64,000 nucleotides of DNA. Origin: Octopus sinensis. Its lineage: Eukaryota. The position numbers and the translations under genes are program-made. Numbering within the stretch: position 1 is the first letter of the stretch; each line of letters begins with the position of its first letter. Of the stretch, positions 48,700 through 59,811 are shown in pieces. The notes under the pieces are model-generated. The model did no database searches and was not told where the DNA came from. It saw nothing but the letters and a program-made list of their open reading frames with translations. Where the stretch lies: NCBI RefSeq assembly GCF_006345805.1, contig NC_043004.1, forward strand, positions 51,522,001-51,586,000, written 5' to 3'.

Positions 48700-50130
48700 T
48701 ATCACAATATTCCAAGGTACAAAGTTGACATGGTGTTTCATTTTATTAATATAATTTGGTGTGTGATAGGATTTTTCATATTTTGTAGAGGATGTTGGGA
48801 GAGCATAAAAAGGGTTGATTTCTTATTAGGGTTATTAAAATATATTTGTGATAGGCAAAATGATTTTTGAAAGGTTTGGCAGTTAATCTGGTATGTGAAT
48901 GAAATATATTTGGGAGTTGGAATTCTACACTAATTCCTTAACTAGGCATTTCTTTATAATAGACATAAGCTTCTATTTGTATAGATTTAAGTTAGGTGCA
49001 TTTTGGAGTACTTGTGAATTTAGTTTTGGTTTGTTAGAAAGTGCAACAGCTTTTAAAAATTTGCAGTTAGTGGAGTGGAAAAACTCTACATTATTTTGGT
49101 TGAAGATTTTATTATATTTGCGGTTAAGAAAGTGCTTGAGTAAAAACTTAAAGAAGATTATTGCAATGGAATTTAGGACTAGTAGGTTGTTGCATGGATT
49201 ATGCCATTACACCTTTTCTTGTGCTTGGCTCAGGAATTTCAGATGTTTTTACAGCATTTGATTATTTTTTATGAATCCTCTTTTTTCATGGTGCTTCTTT
49301 ATAATATTCTAAATTGTCCATAAAATCTTCATTAGAAGATAATTTGGAGAATCTGAGGGATATGCATCTAATTGAATTAACAATTTTGTTTTGAGAGGTG
49401 GTTTGATAATTTATGTATGTATTTTTTCTGTATTTATATTTTTATTTATGTAATTTTTCAGTAAGCTTTTTCTGACATGTAAAAAATTTAATACTTTTAA
49501 ATGGGCTTCTTTCAAGTATTAATGGACAGTTTTCAAAATCAGTTATTTATTTATTTTTTCTTGATGGAAATATCAAAGAACTGTAAGGTCATCACCTCTT
49601 ACAAACATCCTGATAACTAATTTAAATCAAATAAGCCCATTTGATCACTCATTTCCTCTGATTTTTTTCTCATACATTTTTACATCAAAGATTTCTGTGT
49701 TCCACTTTTTAATCTGAGGAGCGTTGTTCACAAAAAGAATGGATTTTCTAGCCCATAAAATGGTCTCTCTCTAACTGTGGTATTGACAAGTTGATGGCTT
49801 CAACATTCACAATAGATTGAGTGTGAATATACCTGATTTCCGCAGTAAAGAGTTGATAAAATTTTCTTCAGGAAACATATTTTAGAAAAGATTATTATGG
49901 TGAATCGGAATTGGAATTGTCATTCTTGAGAAAGATACAGGAAATGTTTTCATCATCTTCAGTTTTAATTTAGGGTGAAAAAACAAAATAGCTGAATAGG
50001 AGATATCTTGTATTAGAGGTGTAAATAATTCTTTTTCTTTTACTGCTTTCGCAGATTCCCATGACTCTCAGTTACCATCAAATTCTTTTATTATGTATTT
50101 GAATTGGGAACTTGAGTCGTAGGGAATCTA
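48700..50130 (-). mobile_element. Possible old AT-rich L1-like ORF2 remnant
   Basis: A-rich minus strand and a weak QFKYI motif near 50100 (compare FKYLG); no intact domain. Confidence 0.25.
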
Positions 50131-50149
50131 CCATTAGCTGATTACAATA

Positions 50150-50617
50150 CTACGGCACATAAAAAGCACCATCTGAACGTGGCCGTTGCCAGCGCCGCCC
50201 CAACTGGCTTCTGTGCCGGTAGCACATAAAAAACACCATCCGAACGTGGCCAATGCCAGCGCCACCCTGACTGGCTTCTGTGCCAGTGGCACATAAAAAG
50301 CACCATCCGAACGTGGCCGTTGCCAGCGCCGACTTGGCTGGCTTCCGTGCTGGTGGCATGTTAAAAGCTCCAACTGATTGTTGCCGATGCCAGAACCCCC
50401 TGGCACCTGTGCAGGTGGCACGTAAAAAGCACCCACTACACTCGTGGAGTGGTTGGCATTAGGAAGGGCATCCAGCTGTAGAAACTCTGCCAGATCAGAC
50501 TGGAGCCTGGTGCAGCCCCTGGCTTCCCAGACCCCGGTTAAACCGTCCAACCCGTGCTAGTGCGGAAAACGGATGTTAAACGATGATGATGATGATGACG
50601 ATGATGATGATGATGAT
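50150..50617 (+). mobile_element. RTE LINE 3' fragment with minisatellite and (GAT)n tail
   Basis: Tandem ggcacataaaaagcaccatccgaacgtggcc units, then the RTE terminus; reverse-complement homologue of 30165-30588. Confidence 0.85.
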
Positions 50618-51445
50618 GGATGCCACCCCTATGGATGCATTGCAGTTACTCTCTTGATAGGGCTTGGTGATCCTGACCATTGATCTTCAAGGATTCCTCT
50701 GCTCAGCATCAATGTAAGAAGCACTGATGGCTCAGTTGAGCTCTTCCACTACCCCTTCGCACTCTACTATGCTGCAGTCCAATAATTTCATCATATACCT
50801 GGCAAGGTGGCTGAATGAGTGCTATGTCTTGCCAAAGGGCAACCCATAACTGTACAGGGCATGGTTGTCAATCTGTGAAGTATTTTCAAATATTTGCATA
50901 CCCGTAAAAAACAACAAAATGATGAAAAGAATCAAAAGTGGATAAATTCATTATTAAGATAAGGAGTTTACTGTGACCTTAACTTTCATTTGTCTGGAGG
51001 TTTGTTCAAACAGAAAGCTGTCATACGGTACATATAAGTATTTATATAAGGGAGCCTATAAATAGTATATATAAGGGATACATTCTCTAAATAGTATCTG
51101 GTGGGTTCAGTTTTAACAATAAAGGAGTGTTTTGGGCTTTGGAACTTGACAAGTATTATTGAAAACTGGGTTGGGTGGGGAAAATTTAAGGCAAAAGAAA
51201 AAAGTAAGAGCTGTGATTGGGAGGGTTTGTCAAAGTAGTGCTTATGTGTGTGAAATCATTCCATGCAATTAATACCTTAGTTTCTTAAAAAGGTCTCTAT
51301 GCATGAGTGGCTAGTAGATTTTGCTGTACACAGCTTGGTATGTAAAGCAGAATAAAGTAATAAAACATCACCAAAAAGCAAAAATCGGCAACTAAGATAT
51401 CTAAACATACAGAAAAAAACAAACAACCAAATGGAAATAAAAATA

Positions 51446-51499
51446 AATGCACAACATCATCACCACCACCACCGCCGCCGCTGCCACCATCATCATCAC

Positions 51500-51535
<36 letters not shown>

Positions 51536-51602
51536 ATCATCATCATCATCACCACCATCATCATCATCATCATCATCACCACCATCATCATCATCATCAT
51601 CC

Positions 51603-51660
<58 letters not shown>

Positions 51661-51770
51661 CCTCATCATCATCATCATCATCATCACCATCCATCATCAT
51701 CATCATCATCATCATTCATCATCATCATCCATCATCATCATCATCATCATCCTCATCATCATCATCAATC

Positions 51771-51801
<31 letters not shown>

Positions 51802-51840
51802 CATCATCATCTCATCCTCATCATCCTCATCATCATCATC

Positions 51841-51872
<32 letters not shown>

Positions 51873-51882
51873 CCTCATCATC

Positions 51883-51914
<32 letters not shown>

Positions 51915-51978
51915 CATCGTCATCGTCATCATCATCATCACCACCATCATCATCATCATCATCCTCATCATCATCATC

Positions 51979-52010
<32 letters not shown>

Positions 52011-52029
52011 CATCATCCTCATCCTCATC

Positions 52030-52061
<32 letters not shown>

Positions 52062-52140
52062 CGTCGTCGTCGTCATCATCATCATCACCACCATCATCAT
52101 CACCATCATCATCATCATCATCATCATCCTCATCCTCATC

Positions 52141-52204
<64 letters not shown>

Positions 52205-52210
52205 TCATCA
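51446..52210. repeat. ~760 bp imperfect (CAT)n microsatellite
   Basis: Continuous cat/cac/cct/cgt triplets; source of the poly-H/S/I/M/D ORFs. Confidence 0.97.
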
Positions 52211-52582
52211 TTATTTTAACATCTATTTTTTCATGCTTGGACAGAATTTGTTGAAGCAGATTTTTTTTTATGATGGGATACCCTTCTGGCTGCCAGCCTT
52301 CACATATTTCCAAGCAAGATAAATATTTCTCTGTAACCAGTGTGGGGCTGAACCAAAAGCCATTGGGCTGGGGAGCAAACTTAACCACACAGCCATGCTT
52401 GCACTATTACATAAATAGATATACACATACACATCCACCCTCTCCCAATCTTACATTGATATGATCCAACAATATTTGTGTACCTGCACTTCCTCATGTG
52501 AGTGGTTTTCAGTGTGTATAATGTACATGCATGCATGCATACATACATACATACATACATACATACATACACACATACATAG

Positions 52583-53640
52583 ATTATGGCTGCCCCCTCG
52601 TTATCGAGTATGGCCATTGCACGAAGCTTAACTGTTACTAGTGCTGTGATTGAATGTGACTTTTTAGCCCAGCTAAAGATCTACAATGTCTTGCACAAAA
52701 TTGGCAACTAAGACCTTTACCGGTAATAGCTGGCTGTAGTTGTAACTGGGTTTCATGTACCTTTGCATGTTGTTTAAGTCCTCCTGCCGAATTACACTCT
52801 CTTCCACATGCCCGACAGATATGATTAGTATGGTGTGTTACACCACCACCAGTGGCCAGGCTGTCACTCATCTTTCTTGCTTTATGACTATGAAGATGAC
52901 TCTTGAGTCCAGCTTTACTGAGGCAGGGTCTTGCACAGACATTGCATGTCAGAATCAAAGGAAGACCCTTCCCTTCTGGAAGTGTAACAGCGATGCCCTT
53001 CCTGACATCCCTCCTTACTTTCTCATGTGCAACTCGAGATTTCTCAAATGTGGCTGTCCCCTCATGCACAATCCTTCTCCACCTGCTACAATCAATAGCT
53101 ATGCCTTCCCATGTGTCAGGGGAGATGCAAGCATCTCTTAAGGAAGCCTACAGCAAGTCCTTATACCTCTTTTTTGGTTTATGTGGAGATCGTTCTCCTT
53201 TAGCTAACTCTCCATAAAAGAGTTATTTTGGCATCCTTGAATCCTTCATTCTGACCAGATGACCACTCCATCTGAGCCTTTGCTTTAACACAAGAAATTC
53301 TATTCTTTCACACCGAGAGCCTTCGAGTATTTCAAGATCACTGATGCGGTCCTTCCACTTAATGCTATAGATCCGTCTGATGGAAATGTTCCAGTTGTTT
53401 AAGGTGGTATCGAAATGTGACCCATGTCTCGCAGGCATAGAGAAGAGAAGGGAGCACACATGCCTTGTACACCTTTATCTTTGTCTTTCTGCATATGTCT
53501 CGCCAACTCCAGAGGCGCTTTTCTAGCCTTCCGAAAGCAACACTTGCTTTCCTAATTCTATATGGAATTTCATCATCCACATTGCCATATCTATTAATAG
53601 TGCTTCCCAGGTAGACAAACTGATCGACTACATCAAGTCG
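52583..53640 (-). mobile_element. 5'-truncated RTE (BovB-like) LINE with three C-terminal C2H2 zinc fingers
   Basis: VDQFVYLGSTI..RIRKASVAFGRLEKRLW..KVYKACVLPSLLYACETW, RLRWSGHLVRMKDSRMPK, then CNVC..HLHSH, CRAC..HAKVH and CQFC..HIQSQH. Confidence 0.88.
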
Positions 53641-53694
53641 TTTACATACATACATACGTACGTACGTACATACATACATACATACATACATACA

Positions 53695-53730
<36 letters not shown>

Positions 53731-54017
53731 TGCTTCTCTACATACACTTAATTATGTAATGGTTCTGGCCACACTTGAAACCAAAAATTTTGATTCACTA
53801 ACCAGAAATCTCAGCATATCTATAAAACCCCATACAAGGAAGCTACATTTGACTTGTGTTTTTTCTAGCATAGCAACAAAAACTTTTTACTAATTCATCT
53901 AATTTTACTTATTCAAATGTGTCCACTTAAACCTGTTTTATGACTCATCATTACAGGTCAATTATAATAAAAGACTGTCCATTAGTGTCCAGTATTCATG
54001 ACATGAACGCCTCATCT

Positions 54018-54245
54018 GAGATTGTGGAGGCTTGGAGATTAAGGTATTGGACTCATGATTGTAAGATTATGGTTTCAAATCCCTGGACCAGGCAACACAT
54101 TGTGTTCTTGAGCAAAACACTTCATTTCACATTGCTCCAGTTCATTCAGCTGGCAAAAATGCGTAATTCTGTGATGGACCAGTGTCCTATCCAGGTGGGA
54201 ATATATATGCCATGAAACTGGGAAACCAGCCCTTAAGAGTGAGTA
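54018..54245 (+). mobile_element. Old tRNA-derived SINE with V-domain-like core
   Basis: tRNA-like head, tgtgttcttgagcaaaacactt and gatggaccagtgtcctatccagg. A related minus-strand remnant lies near 47130-47290. Confidence 0.55.
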
Positions 54246-54461
54246 TAACTTGAGAAGGTAGCTTTACTTTTACTTTACAGCTGAGATTGACATCTGATTA
54301 TCTGACTACAACCAGTGGCAGTGGTGATCACCCCTACTGTCATCATCGCAAAGCAGCAGAAATAGTAGACAGCATTGACATCACCGTCTTAACTTGCTTT
54401 CTCAAAATTTCACCTGCTGAATTTTCACCTCTCAATAACAGCTATCACATCTTCACAATAA

Positions 54462-54668
54462 TATGCAAAGGAGTGCTGAAAAGTTCTTGGTTTTGGCTAA
54501 AAGAAAATACAGGGAGATCAGTTAATTATGATTTTATTCAACATATTCCCCTCTTAGATTCATACCCTTATTGCAGTGGCCCTTCAGTTTTCTAAGCCCT
54601 GTAAAAGAACTCAGAAGACTGGGCCTCCAGCCAGGCTTTTTGTGTCACCCTTAATGCACCTCCTCATA
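54462..54668. mobile_element. Mariner-type MITE (second copy)
   Basis: Collinear with 34846-35067. Confidence 0.7.
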
Positions 54669-55299
54669 TACGCACTGCTATGTACACCAACAAAGAAGCA
54701 TTCTCATGCACACACTCACATCAATATATTACATACATACTCAGGTAAAACTGAAATGTCAGACTGTTGAATTATAACACAGTGAACAATTTTTCTTTAT
54801 TTTTTGCAGCATTCAATTTTTCGACGAATTGCCCCCTACATTTTAAAATATGTATTGATTTTTCTTGCTTTATTCTTGTTGTATCTAAATAAGTGTTTTC
54901 TATATTTTAAATGTCAATTTTGTTGTATTTTCAAGTGATTTTTGTTTCTCCATGACCCGACATGGTTACTCTAACTCATTAGTGTAATTAAAACTGGATA
55001 ATTTTTAAATGAATCTTCTTGTTTCTTTCTTATTTATCATTTGTCATCAGTCTGGTGCTGTTCTTTTCATTGTTTCAATCCCTGGACTGTAGCTATACTG
55101 GGGCACCACCTTCATGGGTTTTGTTGAACAAGCTGATCCCTGGTACTCATTTTTTTTAAAACCTGGTGCTTATTTTATCAGTCTCTTTTTGCAGAACTGC
55201 TAAGTTATGGAGTTGTAAACAACCCAATACGGCATATCAAGCAGTAGGGACAAATGTAAACACAAAGACACACACACCTAGGTATATTTATATATAAAG

Positions 55300-55470
55300 T
55301 TAATCCAAACAAGAAAACACAAAAAAAACACAACAACGCGAGGACATGGAACAAATATAGTATTATTGGACGCTCAGGAAAGAAGGAAAGAAGGAGGTTT
55401 AACCTTTCAAGCGGAGCTCTTTGTCGGAAACATAGGAGAAGAGAAGACAGAGGAAAAAAAATTGCCAACG
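55300..55470 (-). mobile_element. Penelope-like terminal repeat fragment with decayed hammerhead
   Basis: Minus strand gttt ccgacaa agagc tcc gctt gaaag gtt aaac (55397-55431), followed by cctgagcgtccaataatac, similar to the cctgagcgttaaactaatac of the 25.9 kb element. Confidence 0.55.
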
Positions 55471-55517
55471 GTACACACAAGATCATACATACATGCATGC
55501 ATGCATACATACATACA

Positions 55518-55880
55518 TTATGGCTGCCCCCTCGTTATTGAGTATGGCCATTGCACGAAGCTTAACTGTTATTGGTGCTGTGATCGAATGTGACTTTTTA
55601 GCCCAGCTAAAGATCTACAATGGCTCATACAGAATTGGCCACTAAAACCTTTACCGGTAATAGCTGGCTGTTGTTGTAACTGGGCTTCATGTACCTTTGC
55701 ATGTCATTTAAGTCCTCCTGCCGAATTACACTCTCTTCCACATGCCCGACAGATATGATTAGTATGGTGTGTTACACCACCACCAGTGGCCAGGTTGTCC
55801 CTCATCTTTCTCGCTTTATGACTACGAAGATGACTCTTGAGTCCAGCTTTACTGAGGCAGGATCTTGCACAGACAGGGTC
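55518..55880 (-). mobile_element. Second, shorter copy of the zinc-finger RTE 3' end
   Basis: Collinear with 52583-52945; begins ttatggctgccccctcgttat. Confidence 0.88.
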
Positions 55881-55936
55881 TTGAACATACATACATACAT
55901 ACATACATACGTACGTACGTACGTACGTACATACAT

Positions 55937-56809
55937 ACATGGTGCAGTGAATAAGCTATCATCTAAATTGTGCAAAAAAGAAAATAACACTGACATCTCA
56001 TTTTAACAGATATATTTACCAAAATTACATAAAGATATCTTGAAATACTAAAGAGTAAATTCATTCAATAAAATCGCCATTGGCTTCAACCACGGCCTCC
56101 AGATGACTTTTGAATCTCTTGCAAGTCTTCTGGACAGTCTCCTTGTTTAAGTTAGTCAATGCTGCCATAATTCTTGCCTTCAGTTCATCTTTGGTGTTAC
56201 AAGGAGTTTTGTTGGTCTCTCGCTCAACTGCGCCCCATGCATAATAATCAAGGGGGTTGCAGTCTGAGGAGTTAGGTGGCCAGAGGTTCAGTGTGATGTG
56301 GTCACAGAAATTGTCTGACTGCCATGACTGGGTTCTCTTGCTTGTGTGGCATGGTGTAAAGTCCTGTTGCCAGAAATAGGGTCTTCCAGCAGCCACCTTC
56401 TAGCAGCACTACTTCCTCCAGGCACTTGATGTACGCCTCCATGTTGAGTCAGAGTTCGTGTGAGAAGATGAAAGAAGGCATGACGTTACCATCACTAGTG
56501 ACCACTCCTGACACCATGATGTTGACTGGATGTTTGATTTTTATCCCTTTCAGTACATGTTTTGGGGACATGGCAAGCAAATGGTTGTTTTGTGTATTCC
56601 CTATCTGTTCGTATTGGAGCTTCCAGCATGAATACGAAGCAGTACAGCAAGTTGTTTCCAAATTTCTGGCAGAGTAGATTGTGTCATGGAATTGTTTTTC
56701 TCACAGATGGTGTCCGACTGGCCCTACTATACTGTGTAGTCAACAAAATCGAAAACAAACATTGTGCCTGCACAAACAATGGGGTTCAAATTACTCATTG
56801 CACTCTGTA
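55937..56809 (-). mobile_element. maT / DD37D-type Tc1-mariner remnant, internally deleted
   Basis: KHPVNIMVSGVVTSDG..RLNMEAYIKCLEEVVL; WQQDFTPCHTSK..WPPNSSDCNPLDYYAW; TIR-like tacatggtgcagtga / tcattgcactctgta. Confidence 0.78.
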
Positions 56810-56930
56810 TGTGTGTATATATGTGTGTGTGTGTGTGTGTACACATACATGTGTGTAATCATATATACATACATATATATATATTTTTACAGACACATAT
56901 ATATTTATATATACGATGATATACATACAT

Positions 56931-57113
56931 TTTAATAATTATATACATAATTATAACAAGGGATTGGCTATAAGCCTCTCCATGCACTAGAAAAATAGAT
57001 GCCTAAAGATGCTATCACCACCTTAAAACACTCTGAAATATAAAACATAGGTTGTAGTTGGGCAAAAAGGAAGATAATGAATTAAACTTTTGGTTAACCA
57101 TGTAAAAGATCCT
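56931..57113. repeat. Direct-repeat partial copy of 57421-57605
   Basis: cataattataacaagggattggctataagcctctc...ggaagataatgaattaaac...gatcct occurs twice. Confidence 0.85.
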
Positions 57114-57331
57114 GTTTCAAGCTTAAAGTAAAAAAATTTTATTTACTGCTCTCATCAGCTGCAATATTCCATAGTATAAATTGATGTGCGACTTCGTACA
57201 GCAATATATATACACACTCGTAAAAATATACAGTAAAGTAGAATTCTCATCTCTCTTTTTCAACCACGTGTAGTATATCAAAACATACTCTGCAGTGAAT
57301 GCAGTTTTGATCAAGGAGTAAATTTTCCAAA

Positions 57332-57743
57332 TATTAATTATAATAAAAGGTAAAAATTATTAATGATTTTAGCAAGGGGTCAGCATGAAAATAAAAACCT
57401 TATAGGTAAATTTTACAAATATTTTGATAATTATTTACATAATTATAACAAGGGATTGGCTATAAGCCTCTCTACGTGCTAGAAAAATAGATGCCTAAAG
57501 ACGTTATTACCACCTTAAAAAACTCCGAAAAATAAAACTCAGGCTGTAGTTGAGCAAAAAGGAAGATAATGAATTAAACATATGATTAACCGTGTACAAG
57601 ATCCTAGGCTTATAGCCAATCCTTTGTTATAATTATGTATATAATTATTAAAATATTTGTAAAATTTACCTATAAAGTTTTTATTTCTGTGTTGAACCCC
57701 TGGTAAAATCATTAATAATTTTTACCTTGTATTATAATTAATA
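57332..57743. mobile_element. Foldback/MITE, ~137 bp TIRs
   Basis: 57332-57469 is the reverse complement of 57606-57743. Confidence 0.87.
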
Positions 57744-57851
57744 AATATATACATATATACATACACTTCTAATATAAGGATAAAATTTAATTAAAAAATT
57801 TTATCAGTGGCCAACATATGAAAATTCTTTTTAAGTTAAAAATTATAAAGA

Positions 57852-58631
57852 CAATTATAAATAAGGCAAAAGAAAAAAATGTCTTTGCCAATATGCTGAA
57901 AAATAGATGCTAAATCGTTTAACCACATAAAATATTTTCACAATGTTATTACACCATGTGTCAAAATGAGGAAATCAAGCTAACAGAAATTCATAAAAAT
58001 TTTATTTATCCTTGATTCGGTTCTAATTTCTGGATTAATCCATATGGATTTTTCTTTCATCAGCGAGGAACACAAAATGAAAATAAATGAAATACATAGA
58101 CATGTGCACATTAAATGCAGATGCAAAGTCATGGGTACATTTAAGTACCCCAAATATATCCAAGTAGAAATTCCCTAACAAGCTTTGATACATGTGTAGC
58201 CAGTCAGAAAACACGCAAAAGTGGTTAAACAGTCCCAAAGTGAATGAGAATTTATTTACTTCTGATATAAGATAAAATTTTACTAAAACATTTTATCAGT
58301 GGCCAGTATATGAAAAGTACCTTTCTACTAGGATATATTTAAGGTACTCAAATGTATTCATGACTTTGCATCTGCTTTTCTGTGGGCATGTCTAGTTATT
58401 TAATTTATTTTAATTTTGTGTTCCTCACTAATTAAGGAAAAAAACCTTTTGGATTAATCAAAAAATCAGAACTGATTCATGGATAACTAAAATTTTTATG
58501 AATTTCTGTTAGCCTGATTTCCTCGTTTTGACACATATAGGGAAAATATTTTATGTGGTTAGATGATTTAGCGTCTATTTTTCAGCATATTGGTAAAGAA
58601 AAAATTTTTCTTTTGCCCTTATTTATAATTG
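57852..58631. mobile_element. Foldback element, ~310 bp arms
   Basis: 57852-58170 is the imperfect reverse complement of 58322-58631. Confidence 0.87.
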
Positions 58632-58800
58632 CATTTATACAAACACACACACATGCGCACACACACACACATATATATATATACATACCTATATGCATAC
58701 ATATACACATACACACAAACACACAGACACATATATATGTATACATACATAATATACATAATATGTGTGTGTGTGTGTGTGTGTATGTATGTGTTTATAT

Positions 58801-59448
58801 ATATAGGAAAAATAGAAGTTGAAAATGCACTGAGAATAGTTAGAATATTTTTAATCAATATATTGAAAGCTTTAACCAGTTTTAAAGTTTACCCTGATTT
58901 TCATAAAAAGTTCAAATAGAAAGACGTGGCTTATGTCACAGCTGTCTTGCTTCTCACTTGTGTTTGATGTCAAACAGATTAAATTTGGAGTGCTTTGATT
59001 ATAACTAAATATGTTCACTCAACTGTGTTGGCCTTCTCTTTAGGTGCAAAATATATAGTCATGTGACACTGACATACAAACATAGCAGGAAACATACAAA
59101 AGATTAATAACTTAACCATATGTTCATTCTCTAGAAACACTTGGCAGAAAACATTCAGAACATTGATTGGTTGCTCATATTCAGTCTTACCAAAATTTCT
59201 AAGACCAATCTTATGACTATATTCTACCAATCAAATCCTATTCAAAACATATACTAATTTGAACCATGAACTCCCTACAAAAATAGGGCATGCTTCAATC
59301 ACTAGTTAGAAGCAAGACAGCTGTGACATAAGCCATGTCTTACTATTTGAACTTTTTGAAAATCAGTGTAAACTGTGAAACCGGTTAAAGCTTTATACAT
59401 ATTAATAAAAGATATTTTAACTATTTTCAACTTCTATTTTTCCTATAT
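58801..59448. mobile_element. Foldback element, ~160 bp arms
   Basis: 58801-58968 (atataggaaaaatagaagttgaaaat...ggcttatgtcacagctgtcttgcttct) versus 59292-59448. Confidence 0.85.
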
Positions 59449-59591
59449 TTCTACCCATGTAGAATAAAATAACTTTCTTTTCTGTGTGTATATATATATA
59501 TATATTCTTACATACAAATATACATATACATATGCATACATACATATATACATATATATATATACACACACACACATATACATATGCATAC

Positions 59592-59725
<134 letters not shown>

Positions 59726-59811
59726 TATATATACACACACACATATACATATATGTCTATAAACATGCATACATATATATATATATACATAAATACATAT
59801 ATATATATTAT

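Noticed and set aside
51401-52388. Long poly-His/Ser/Ile/Met/Asp ORFs (also similar ORFs over (TA)n, (CA)n, (TAA)n and (ACC)n tracts throughout)
   Set aside because: They are translations of microsatellites, with no domain, splice or codon evidence.
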